Below are positions 52,201 to 64,000 of a stretch of 64,000 nucleotides of DNA, piece by piece. The position numbers and the translations under genes are program-made. Numbering within the stretch: position 1 is the first letter of the stretch; the number at the start of each line of letters is the position of its first letter. Source of the stretch: Eledone cirrhosa (Eukaryota); contig OZ024746.1 in NCBI GenBank assembly GCA_964016885.1, forward strand, positions 70,184,001 through 70,248,000. Direction: 5' to 3'. Under the pieces are notes generated by a model. That model had not been told where the DNA came from, did no database searches, and saw only the letters and a list, made by a program, of their open reading frames with translations.

Positions 52201-55200
52201 TATGCCCATGTTTGACCAGTAGTTTAGGTAGAGTATATATGTTTATGCCCACGTTTGACCAGTAGTTTAGGTAGAGTATATATGTTTATGCCCATATTTG
52301 ACCAGCAGTTTAGGTAGAGTATATATGTTTATGCCCACGTTTGACCAGTAGTTTAGGTAGAGTATATATGTTTATGCCCATGTTTGACCAGTAGTTTAGG
52401 TAGAGTATATATGTTTATGCCCACGTTTGACCAGTAGTTTAGGTAGAGTATATATGTTTATGCCCACGTTTGACCAGTAGTTTAGGTAGAGTATATATGT
52501 TTATGCCCATGTTTGACCAGTAGTTTAGGTAGAGTATATATGTTTATGCCCATGTTTGACCAGTAGTTTAGGTAGAGTATATATGTTTAAGCCCACGTTT
52601 GACCAGTAGTTTAGGTAGAGTATATATGTTTATGCCCACGTTTGACCAGTAGTTTAGGTAGAGTATATATGTTTATGCCCACGTTTGACCAGTAGTTTAG
52701 GTAGAGTATATATGTTTATGCCCACGTTTGACCAGTAGTTTAGGTAGAGTATATATGTTTATGCCCACGTTTGACCAGTAGTTTAGGTAGAGTATATATG
52801 TTTATGCCCACGTTTGACCAGCAGTTTAGGTAGAGTATATATGTTTATGCCCATGTTTGACCAGTAGTTTAGGTAGAGTATATATGTTTATGCCCATGTT
52901 TGAGCAGCAGTTTAGGTAGAGTATATATGTTTATGCCCATGTTTGACCAGTAGTTTAGGTAGAGTATATATGTTTATGCCCACGTTTGACCAGTAGTTTA
53001 GGTAGAGTATATATGTTTATGCCCATGTTTGAGCAGCAGTTTAGGTAGAGTATATATGTTTATGCCCATGTTTGACCAGTAGTTTAGGTAGAGTATATAT
53101 GTTTATGCCCATGTTTGACCAGTAGTTTAGGTAGAGTATATATGTTTATGCCCACGTTTGACCAGTAGTTTAGGTAGAGTATATATGTTTATGCCCATGT
53201 TTGACCAGTTGTTTAGGTAGAGTATATATGTTTATGCCCACGTTTGACCAGCAGTTTAGGTAGAGTATATATGTTTATGCCCATGTTTGAGCAGTAGTTT
53301 AGGTAGAGTGTATATGTTTATGCCCATGTTTGACCAGTAGTTTAGGTAGAGTATATATGTTTATGCCCATGTTTGACCAGTAGTTTAGGTAGAGTATATA
53401 TGTTTATGCCCATGTTTGAGCAGCAGTTTAGGTAGAGTATATATGTTTATGCCCATGTTTGACCAGTAGTTTAGGTAGAGTATATATGTTTATGCCCATG
53501 TTTGACCAGTAGTTTAGGTAGAGTATATGTTTATGCCCATGTTTGAGCAGCAGTTTAGGTAGAGTATATATGTTTATGCCCATGTTTGAGCAGCAGTTTA
53601 GGTAGACTATATATGTTTATGCCCATGTTTGAGCAGCAGTTTAGGTAGAGTATATATGTTTATGCCCATGTTTGACCAGTAGTTTAGGTAGAGTATATAT
53701 GTTTATGCCCATGTTTGAGCAGCAGTTTAGGTAGAGTATATATGTTTATGCCCATGTTTGAGCTGCAGTTTAGGTAGAGTATATATGTTTATGCCCACGT
53801 TTGACCAGTAGTTTAGGTAGAGTGTATATGTTTATGCCCATGTTTGACCAGTAGTTTAGGTAGAGTATATATGTTTATGCCCATGTTTGACCAGTAGTTT
53901 AGGTAGAGTATATATGTTTATGCCCATGTTTGACCAGTAGTTTAGGTAGAGTATATATGTTTATGCCCATGTTTGACCAGTAGTTTAGGTAGAGTATATA
54001 TGTTTAAGCCCACGTTTGACCAGTAGTTTAGGTAGAGTATATATGTTTATGCCCACGTTTGACCAGCAGTTTAGGTAGAGTATATATGTTTATGCCCATG
54101 TTTGACCAGTAGTTTAGGTAGAGTATATATGTTTATGCCCATGTTTGAGCAGCAGTTTAGGTAGAGTATATATGTTTATGCCCATGTTTGACCAGTAGTT
54201 TAGGTAGAGTATATATGTTTATGCCCACGTTTGACCAGTAGTTTAGGTAGAGTATATATGTTTATGCCCATGTTTGAGCAGCAGTTTAGGTAGAGTATAT
54301 ATGTTTATGCCCATGTTTGACCAGTAGTTTAGGTAGAGTATATATGTTTATGCCCATGTTTGACCAGTAGTTTAGGTAGAGTATATATGTTTATGCCCAC
54401 GTTTGACCAGTAGTTTAGGTAGAGTATATATGTTTATGCCCATGTTTGACCAGTTGTTTAGGTAGAGTATATATGTTTATGCCCACGTTTGACCAGCAGT
54501 TTAGGTAGAGTATATATGTTTATGCCCACGTTTGACCAGTAGTTTAGGTAGAGTATATATGTTTATGCCCATGTTTGACCAGTAGTTTAGGTAGAGTATA
54601 TATGTTTATGCCCACGTTTTACCAGTAGTTTAGGTAGAGTATATATGTTTATGCCCATGTTTGACCAGTAGTTTAGGTAGAGTATATATGTTTATGCCCA
54701 TGTTTGAGCAGCAGTTTAGGTAGAGTGTATATGTTTATGCCCATGTTTGAGCAGCAGTTTAGGTAGAGTGTATATGTTTATGCCCATGTTTGACCAGTAG
54801 TTTAGGTAGAGTATATATGTTTATGCCCATGTTTGACCAGTAGTTTAGGTAGAGTATATATATTTATGCCCATGTTTGAGCAGCAGTTTAGGTAGAGTAT
54901 ATATGTTTATGCCCATGTTTGACCAGTAGTTTAGGTAGAGTATATATGTTTATGCCCATGTTTGACCAGTAGTTTAGGTAGAGTATATATGTTTATGCCC
55001 ATGTTTGAGCAGCAGTTTAGGTAGAGTATATATGTTTATGCCCATGTTTGAGCAGCAGTTTAGGTAGACTATATATGTTTATGCCCATGTTTGAGCAGCA
55101 GTTTAGGTAGAGTATATATGTTTATGCCCATGTTTGACCAGTAGTTTAGGTAGAGTATATATGTTTATGCCCATGTTTGAGCAGCAGTTTAGGTAGAGTA

Positions 55201-57900
55201 TATATGTTTATGCCCATGTTTGAGCTGCAGTTTAGGTAGAGTATATATGTTTATGCCCACGTTTGACCAGTAGTTTAGGTAGAGTGTATATGTTTATGCC
55301 CATGTTTGACCAGTAGTTTAGGTAGAGTATATATGTTTATGCCCATGTTTGACCAGTAGTTTAGGTAGAGTATATATGTTTATGCCCATGTTTGACCAGT
55401 AGTTTAGGTAGAGTATATATGTTTATGCCCATGTTTGACCAGTAGTTTAGGTAGAGTATATATGTTTAAGCCCACGTTTGACCAGTAGTTTAGGTAGAGT
55501 ATATATGTTTATGCCCACGTTTGACCAGTAGTTTAGGTAGAGTATATATGTTTATGCCCACGTTTGACCAGTAGTTTAGGTAGAGTATATATGTTTATGC
55601 CCACGTTTGACCAGTAGTTTAGGTAGAGTATATATGTTTATGCCCACGTTTGACCAGTAGTTTAGGTAGAGTATATATGTTTATGCCCACGTTTGACCAG
55701 CAGTTTAGGTAGAGTATATATGTTTATGCCCATGTTTGACCAGTAGTTTAGGTAGAGTATATATGTTTATGCCCATGTTTGAGCAGCAGTTTAGGTAGAG
55801 TATATATGTTTATGCCCATGTTTGACCAGTAGTTTAGGTAGAGTATATATGTTTATGCCCACGTTTGACCAGTAGTTTAGGTAGAGTATATATGTTTATG
55901 CCCACATTTTACCAGTAGTTTAGGTAGAGTATATATGTTTATGCCCATGTTTGACCAGTAGTTTAGGTAGAGTATATATGTTTATGCCCATGTTTGAGCA
56001 GCAGTTTAGGTAGAGTGTATATGTTTATGCCCATGTTTGACCAGTAGTTTAGGTAGAGTATATATGATTATGCCCATGTTTGACCAGTAGTTTAGGTAGA
56101 GTATATATGTTTATGCCCATGTTTGACCAGTAGTTTAGGTAGAGTATATATGTTTATGCCCATGTTTGAGCAGCAGTTTAGGTAGAGTATATATGTTTAT
56201 GCCCATGTTTGAGCAGCAGTTTAGGTAGAGTGTATATGTTTATGCCCATGTTTGACCAGTAGTTTAGGTAGAGTATATATGTTTATGCCCATGTTTGACC
56301 AGTAGTTTAGGTAGAGTATATATGTTTATGCCCATGTTTGAGCAGCAGTTTAGGTAGAGTATATATGTTTATGCCCATGTTTGACCAGTAGTTTAGGTAG
56401 AGTATATATGTTTATGCCCATGTTTGACCAGTAGTTTAGGTAGAGTATATATGTTTATGCCCATGTTTGAGCAGCAGTTTAGGTAGAGTATATATGTTTA
56501 TGCCCATGTTTGAGCAGCAGTTTAGGTAGACTATATATGTTTATGCCCATGTTTGAGCAGCAGTTTAGGTAGAGTATATATGTTTATGCCCATGTTTGAC
56601 CAGTAGTTTAGGTAGAGTATATATGTTTATGCCCATGTTTGAGCAGCAGTTTAGGTAGAGTATATATGTTTATGCCCATGTTTGAGCTGCAGTTTAGGTA
56701 GAGTATATATGTTTATGCCCACGTTTGACCAGTAGTTTAGGTAGAGTGTATATGTTTATGCCCATGTTTGACCAGTAGTTTAGGTAGAGTATATATGTTT
56801 ATGCCCATGTTTGACCAGTAGTTTAGGTAGAGTATATATATTTATGCCCATGTTTGACCAGTAGTTTAGGTAGAGTATATATGTTTATGCCCATGTTTGA
56901 GCAGCAGTTTAGGTAGAGTATATATGTTTATGCCCATGTTTGAGCAGCAGTTTAGGTAGAGTATATATGTTTATGCCCATGTTTGACCAGTAGTTTAGGT
57001 AGAGTATATATGTTTATGCCATGTTTGACCAGTAGTTTAGGTAGAGTATATATGTTTATGCCCATGTTTGAGCAGCAGTTTAGGTAGAGTATATATGTTT
57101 ATGCCCATGTTTGACCAGTAGTTTAGGTAGAGTATATATGTTTATGCCCATGTTTGACCAGTAGTTTAGGTAGAGTATATATGTTTATGCCCATGTTTGA
57201 GCAGCAGTTTAGGTAGAGTATATATGTTTATGCCCATGTTTGATCAGTAGTTTAGGTAGAGTATATATGTTTATGCCCACGTTTTACCAGTAGTTTAGGT
57301 AGAGTATATATGTTTATGCCCATGTTTGACCAGTAGTTTAGGTAGAGTATATATGTTTATGCCCATGTTTGAGCAGCAGTTTAGGTAGAGTATATATGTT
57401 TATGCCCATGTTTGACCAGTAGTTTAGGTAGAGTATATATGTTTATGCCCATGTTTGACCAGTAGTTTAGGTAGAGTATATATGTTTATGCCCATGTTTG
57501 ACCAGTAGTTTAGGTAGAGTATATATGTTTATGCCCATGTTTGACCAGTAGTTTAGGTAGAGTATATATGTTTATGCCCATGTTTGAGCAGCAGTTTAGG
57601 TAGAGTATATATGTTTATGCCCATGTTTGAGCAGCAGTTTAGGTAGAGTATATATGTTTATGCCCATGTTTGAGCAGCAGTTTAGGTAGAGTATATATGT
57701 TTATGCCCATGTTTGAGCAGCAGTTTAGGTAGAGTATATATGTTTATGCCCATGTTTGACCAGCAGTTTAGGTAGAGTATATATGTTTATGCCCACGTTT
57801 GACCAGTAGTTTAAGTAGAGTATATATGTTTATGCCCATGTTTAACCAGTAGTTTAGGTAGAGTATATATGTTTATGCCCATGTTTGACCAGTAGTTTAG
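46225..57900. repeat. 43-bp tandem satellite, ~270 monomers
   Basis: Unit gtttaggtagagtatatatgtttatgccca(c/t)gtttga(c/g)cag(t/c)a. Period 43 (e.g. 46290 to 46333). Confidence 0.98.
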
Positions 57901-58327
57901 GTAGACTACATAGTTATGTTTATGGCTGACCAGTAGTTTAGGTAGACTACATAGTTATGTTTATGGCTGACCAGTAGTTTAGGTAGACTACATAGTTATG
58001 TTTATGGCTGAGCAGTGATTTGGGTAGAGTACATATATTTATGCCCATGTTTGACCAATAGTTTAAGTAGAGTACATATGTTATGTTTATGGCTCACCAG
58101 TAGCTTATGTAGAGTACATATGTTATGTTTATGGCTGACCAGTAGCTTATGTAGAGTACATATGTTATGTTTATGGCTCACCAGTAGCTTATGTAGAGTA
58201 CATATGTTATGTTTATGGCTGACCAGTAGCTTATGTAGAGTACATATGTTATGTTTATGGCTCACCAGTAGCTTATGTAGAGTACATATGTTATGTTTAT
58301 GGCTGACCAGAGTAAATATGTTATGTT
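57888..58327. repeat. Related 41-bp and 42-bp minisatellite variants at the array edge
   Basis: 41-bp unit (57901 to 57942), then a 42-bp unit alternating ggctcacc / ggctgacc. Confidence 0.9.
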
Positions 58328-59139
58328 GACGGGTAATCAGTTGAGTGTATCAATTTAAACGGGGTATGTGTGATTATGGTAACGACCACTCAGATAGAAG
58401 GTACTTTAGGCTGAGTACGTGTGTATGCTTGAGAACATTAAATTATACTTCTGATTCCTGAGACGGAAATTTTAGAAGACGTTAATTCACGAAACATTTT
58501 ACTTTTACACTCGAGAATATTTCAAGTTATGTAACTTGAAATGATATTTCAGAAAAAAACAACAACAACGGTGACGACGACGACGGCAACTACAACAAGA
58601 AGAACAGCAGCAATAACAGCAACCACGACAACACTTTGCCCAAATTCAATTAACTCATCTGATATATTCAGAAATATGACTTTTTTTATGATTTTATTAT
58701 ATGTGATCTATTTGTAAGTGTGGTTCTACTTTATTTTCATTTTTATTTTAAACGAAGTGAATAAAATCTCTAATGGGTAGAATTGTTGACAGATAGAAGA
58801 ACAACAAAAATAGTAACATGGAAATATGTTAAAAAGCACTGAATTCACTTTGAAACTCAACAACATGTAACGTGGAAGAAATTGTTTATTAGTACAAATC
58901 AATAAAATTGTTACGTCACTTAAATTTCTTTTAATTGTTTCATCTTTTATTAACATATGGAATTGAAAACTACGAATGTTAAGATATAGGCTGTTCCTAT
59001 TAAGCTAGTGTGTATATACATATATGCACAGACACACATATATAAAAATAAATAAATATATATATATATACACACACACACACTCACACACACGCATATA
59101 TATATATATACACATATATATATATATATATACACACAA

Positions 59140-59410
59140 AATCTCAGACATTTTGGCGACTCAAAAACCCATTCAGAAAGAGTCACAAATGTCAGCTTAA
59201 TGGTGGTCACTTGATAATGTGAAAGAGACTCTATTGAGGAGGGTATCCGATTACTGACACACGCGCGCGCACACACGCACACACACACACACACACATTC
59301 ACACACACATGCCACATTATCAAGTGGTCACCATTAAGTTGACATTTGTGGCCTTATAGATAAGTTCCCTTTCTGATTGGGTTTCCGAATCGCCAAAATG
59401 GCTGAGATTT
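59140..59410. repeat. Imperfect inverted repeat next to (TA/CA)n
   Basis: 59140-59221 is the reverse complement of 59313-59410, with an indel. Confidence 0.7.
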
Positions 59411-60181
59411 ATCAAATGGCCATCGACTTATTGTCGAGTCCCGGAGACAAAAGAAACATACTAATATATAGCTATAGAGATACGTTAAGCCTTCACGCTT
59501 AGAGTATCATTTATAGTCTAAGCTTGCTGACAACAAGGGAAAGCTATTTTCACGTTTCTTACAATTTAAGACTCATTTGAAAAGCGAAAAACGTTGATCT
59601 CAGAATTCCAGAAAGCAACTACCCAACAGGATAACGGGTTGATTGAGTCATACAACATTGTATTACTAGTCACAATGGCTGGGAAGTCACACACTATAGG
59701 AGAAACATTACTTTGAACTGTTACTGAAGGAGTTATCTTGTCTGTAATGCATAAAAAGCTTGATACAATTATCAAGACCACTTAGTAATACCATAAGTGT
59801 TAAGAAACTCAATGTATCTATCTATTTTTCCTGATGAAATGGAGAATTTTGCTTGAGTGCGATTTAAATTATTAAATTATTAATTATTTGACTGATTAAT
59901 TGATTGATTAATGTACTGGCACTACATTTATCTTCATAGAAACAGTTGTAGAAATTAAAGATCGAATTTGAATAACAACCTTGGTTTTCATTTTGTATTA
60001 ATTATATTAATTTTTATATTTTAGGGTAATTCACTGCATTTTCTAGAAATATCTGGCAACATTTGTCAATGGGGTAACGTTACCAGTATGTTTCATTTTC
60101 CTATCAACTCTCGCAAAATGTCGACCCATTCCAAGGTAACTGAAGCTCTACAAAGTAAAGTTGTTCTGATGAAGAGTGGTG

Positions 60182-60267
<86 letters not shown>

Positions 60268-60471
60268 CTCTCTCTCTCTCTGCCTCTCTCTCTCTCTCAA
60301 CCATTGGAAGTGAAGTTAGCCATTCTAAAAGTATAATAGCAAGGATATTGAAATTGCATAATGAAACCAACTCATTCGCGTTTATGAAGAAGGTCAGCCA
60401 TCCACGTTAAACAAGTCAACAAGTGGACCAAATGATCCACAGAATGACTATGGGGAACGCTTCGATACTAA

Positions 60472-61653
60472 GGTAGAAATTCCATTTTATGTCCCAAATG
60501 CAGACTATGGGTACATAAAAGATGTAGTGGGATCACAGGTAAACTATCTAAGAACGTAGATGTTATATGTGGTCGATGCTCAGGTACAATAAGTAGCAAG
60601 TGCCTACAGGATACTAGCTCCTTCTATTGCCCAGATGGTTCTATAGAAATACTGGACACTTTCCGTTACATGGGTGACAAAATCAGCAGTGGTGGAGGGT
60701 GTTCTGAAAGTACAGTAGCCAGAGTCAGAACGGGATGGAAAAAGTTCAGAGAGCTTATACCACTATTGGCCGCTAAAGGTTTCTCTCTAAAAATGAAAGG
60801 CAGGCTGTATGATGCCTGCATACGAACAGCAATGTTACATGGCAGTGAGACTTGGGCATTGTGTGCAGAGGATATACGCAGACTGGAGAAGAACGAAGCT
60901 TGCATGCTCCGTTGGATGTGTAATAGTAATATACGTGAACGGCAAAGCATAAATGAACTAAGTGAGAAATTAGGAATAAGAGGGATTAGATGCTGTTTAC
61001 TCGAGAGAAGACTACGTTGGTATGGTCACCTGATGCGCATGAAAAAACGACAGCTGTATAAAAAAAAGTGCAGGGCGATCAAAATTGATGGAAATTACGG
61101 AGTAGGCAGACCCAGAAAAACCTGGGACGATCTGATAAATTCCGACCTTACACACTTGCACCTCTCTAAGACAATGTCACTGGACCGAAATCTTTGGCGC
61201 TACGCAGTAATACAGAAGACCCGCCTTGCCTATGTACAAAGCGAAACCTACAGTCTGTAGGCACCTCTTAACCAAATATACACTCCAATCCCTACTCCAT
61301 CCTCCCACTCCCACCAACACCACCCTCTCTCTGTAAAGTTGGTACCACAACATTCAGTCCAAATAAATGAAATAATGTTATCGAGATCGAGATCGTGTAG
61401 GTGTCACAACAAAAAATCACACAGTCAACGCTGTAATGTGACCGTGTAGGTAACACGGTAAAAAATTCCCAGTCCACACTGTAAGTGTGGTTGATGTTAG
61501 GAAGGGCATCCAACCGTAGAAAACCTGCCAGATAGTCCTATTTGAGCGAGACGCGGTCACCCGACCAACCTTGCCTCGAGTGGGACAACTCCCGTCTAAC
61601 CCATGCTAGCGTGGAAGATGGACGTTAAACGATGACGATAATGATGATGATGA
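60472..61653 (+). mobile_element. 5'-truncated RTE-clade LINE with 3' UTR and (GAT)n tail
   Basis: Open frame 60472-61260: CPKCRLWVHKRC..CGRC..FRYMGD..WKKFRELIPLL..LHGSETW..RRLRWYGHLMRM..GRPRKTW. Tail ggacgttaaacgatgacgataatgatg. Confidence 0.9.
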
Positions 61654-63134
61654 CAGAAGATGCTTTAAGCAGCAATAAAGAAGCAAAATTTGAAATTTAC
61701 TGCTGATGAAAACTAGTGGGCCAGCCACTTACAATCAATAAAAGGTGATGCTTGTTATGAAATGCCATGCTTGTTATGAAATTGGCTTAGATAAACTTGA
61801 AAATATTTTTAAAAAGCAGTAAGAACCAAGTGTGTATTCTAAACTCTTTCTTACATTACACTTAACCTCTTTCTCCATCATCTAACTCTGTCAAATTCTA
61901 CCACATCGATGAAACCATGCTTGTCATCCATATTAACCCCCTCCTCCTATTCTCACCTCTGAACATAATACAATCTTCCCTAGAGAAGAGGAGGTTCTGC
62001 AGATGAGTTAATGACCAACAGCTTCTCTAGTACTGGTGCCTTGATAAAATGCACATAGTACTCTTTGTTAAATGGTTGGTGGTGGGTAGGACATCAGCTG
62101 TAGAAATTATGCCAAACAAAGAATTGGGAGGACTCTTCAGTTATGTCAAGGAGACGATAAACTCTGTAATGCCAGAGTCATGGTAAAACGCACCCAGTAC
62201 ATTCTGTAAAATCGTTGGGGTTAAGAAGGGCATCCAGTTGTTGAAACCATGCCAAAACTGGAACGTATCTGAAACCATCGACTCCTTCATAGAATCTTTG
62301 ACTCCCAGTGACCTCGGGCAACTTTAAAAACTAAATAAATCAGTTAACAGAATATAAAATAAATAAACAATACACTGGTTATATATAAATCACAAACTTG
62401 AATAAACAAGTTGTATTTTATTGTAGTATTAGATATATTTTTATTTCTTATATAAATGTCAGGTTTTGGTGCAAAAGTTCAATCAACCCCCTTCATAGTC
62501 TCTTTGAACCCACGGGTTCGATATTGACCATTATTAAGGTACCTGATTAAGCTAAAGAATTTTTGTCACAGAATTTAACCGTGAATTAGTTATAAATTCA
62601 AGGTAGATAACCCCGACTAACATAATCTTTAGTCATCAATGTTTTTCAAGTAATCTTTAAAATAATCAAGTATTTAAAGGGATTTAGTAATATAACTAAC
62701 TCTCTCCATACAGGTGTTTGGAACATCACTAAACAAAGGTTTTTAAATAGATATAAACAAGCCTATATCATAGAACTAGGGGCTGATTTGGTATCAAAAC
62801 AGATGTAGTTTCCTACATTATAAACTAGATTTGTCTGAATTACAAAATATATTTTGTTATTTATATTGTGTCTCCTTCACAATACTACTTTATAAAAATT
62901 TGAATTAACAATCAATTTTGTGAGTCTTCTTTTCCCCACATTTCCATATATTTTTATATAGAAATAATAGTTATCACATTAATATGCTAGCAGAAAAAAC
63001 AACTCTATTTTACCAATATGAATTGATAAATCTTGCTGCAGTTATGTCCCTTGAATGTGGAAATTTGTTTCTAATTCTTCTATTGAACAGGGAATAATTT
63101 GCATTTTGAGAGGTAGTTATTGGTTGGCTTAGAT

Positions 63135-63755
63135 TTGTTCATTATCATTATCCTCACGATTGTTTTTACATCCGTTTTTCCACACTTGCATGGGTTGGAT
63201 GGGTTCTTCTCAGCACAGCATCTCTCCACATGCCGTGTTTCTTTGTCATCTCCTCTGAGTCTCAGTGATTTGAGGTCAGCTCTAACCACACATGCCCAGG
63301 TCCTTCTCAGTTTACCTCTACTGCAGCTTCCTTCCACTGGTATTTCCTGGCATGTCTTTAACCATCGATCATCATCCATGCACATCACATGTCTGCACCA
63401 ATGCAGTCTTCTCTCCTGCACACCACCTCGGATTCCTCTTAAACCTAGCTTCTTCCTCAGTTCATCCAAGCTCTGCTTTTCTTTTATGGATTAGGCTATA
63501 AGGAACAAATCATCTGCATAGAGAAGTACCCATAGACAGCCAGTTTTAAAGGCCCCTGTTATGGCCAGAACTATGATGAACAGTAGTGGGCTAAGAGTCA
63601 AACCTTGAACTCCTACCTGTACCTTGAATTCCTCGCTAAACTCACTTTGTACTCTCACTTAACTGACATCTCATCTGTACATGGCTTGCACTGCTCTCAC
63701 AAGCCATTCTTCTACACCTAATTTCCTTAAGGACCACCCGATAATAGATTGAGGT
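63135..63755 (-). mobile_element. Internally deleted RTE-clade LINE
   Basis: LRKLGVEEWLVRAVQAMY..LSPLLFII..LLYADDL joined directly to LRKKLGLRGI..ERRLHW..RRTW and the 3' tail. Confidence 0.85.
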
Positions 63756-64000
63756 ATTCATTTATCTTTTTATTTATGTTGGTGAATTGTATGAGAAAAA
63801 GCTTCTTATATATATTGTAGTATCATACCTCTGGTTTTTCTCTTGATAGAATATGTTGGTGTAGTGTTAACATAGCTAAGACAGGTATAGAATGTTTTTC
63901 CCTTAAATTAAGTTTATTGTAGGTGTAATATGTTTTGTTTTGGAAGGTTTAATAAATTGTCTGCATTAATCTTTGGTATTTTGTCTACGCTGTATCCTTT

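Noticed and set aside
46225-57900. CRISPR-like or telomeric array
   Set aside because: Head-to-tail monomers with no unique spacers and no cas genes. tttagg occurs once per 43-mer, not as tandem telomere repeats
58002-58329. 14-aa repeat proteins on both strands
   Set aside because: Consequence of the 42-bp minisatellite unit

Overview
AT-rich, microsatellite-saturated eukaryotic intergenic or intronic DNA. The SINE, RTE and (TA)n landscape resembles octopus or another coleoid cephalopod (inference). No host protein-coding gene can be supported, and most ORFs in the track are microsatellite artefacts. Real content: two Penelope-like retroelements (PLEs; one with a long RT plus C-terminal GIY-YIG ORF), several RTE-type LINE fragments, two tRNA-derived SINE families, a full-length Tc1/mariner with DD36E spacing, one or two non-autonomous Helitrons, and an ~11.7-kb 43-bp satellite with higher-order structure. 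The most striking signal is a dense set of short insertions in (TA)n tracts that are fold-back (inverted-repeat) structures carrying type I hammerhead ribozyme (HHR) motifs from several unrelated sequence families. Two of these HHRs sit directly 3' of PLE GIY-YIG coding sequence. In several copies the inversion junction falls inside the ribozyme itself. All structures were folded by eye and none is computationally or experimentally verified.
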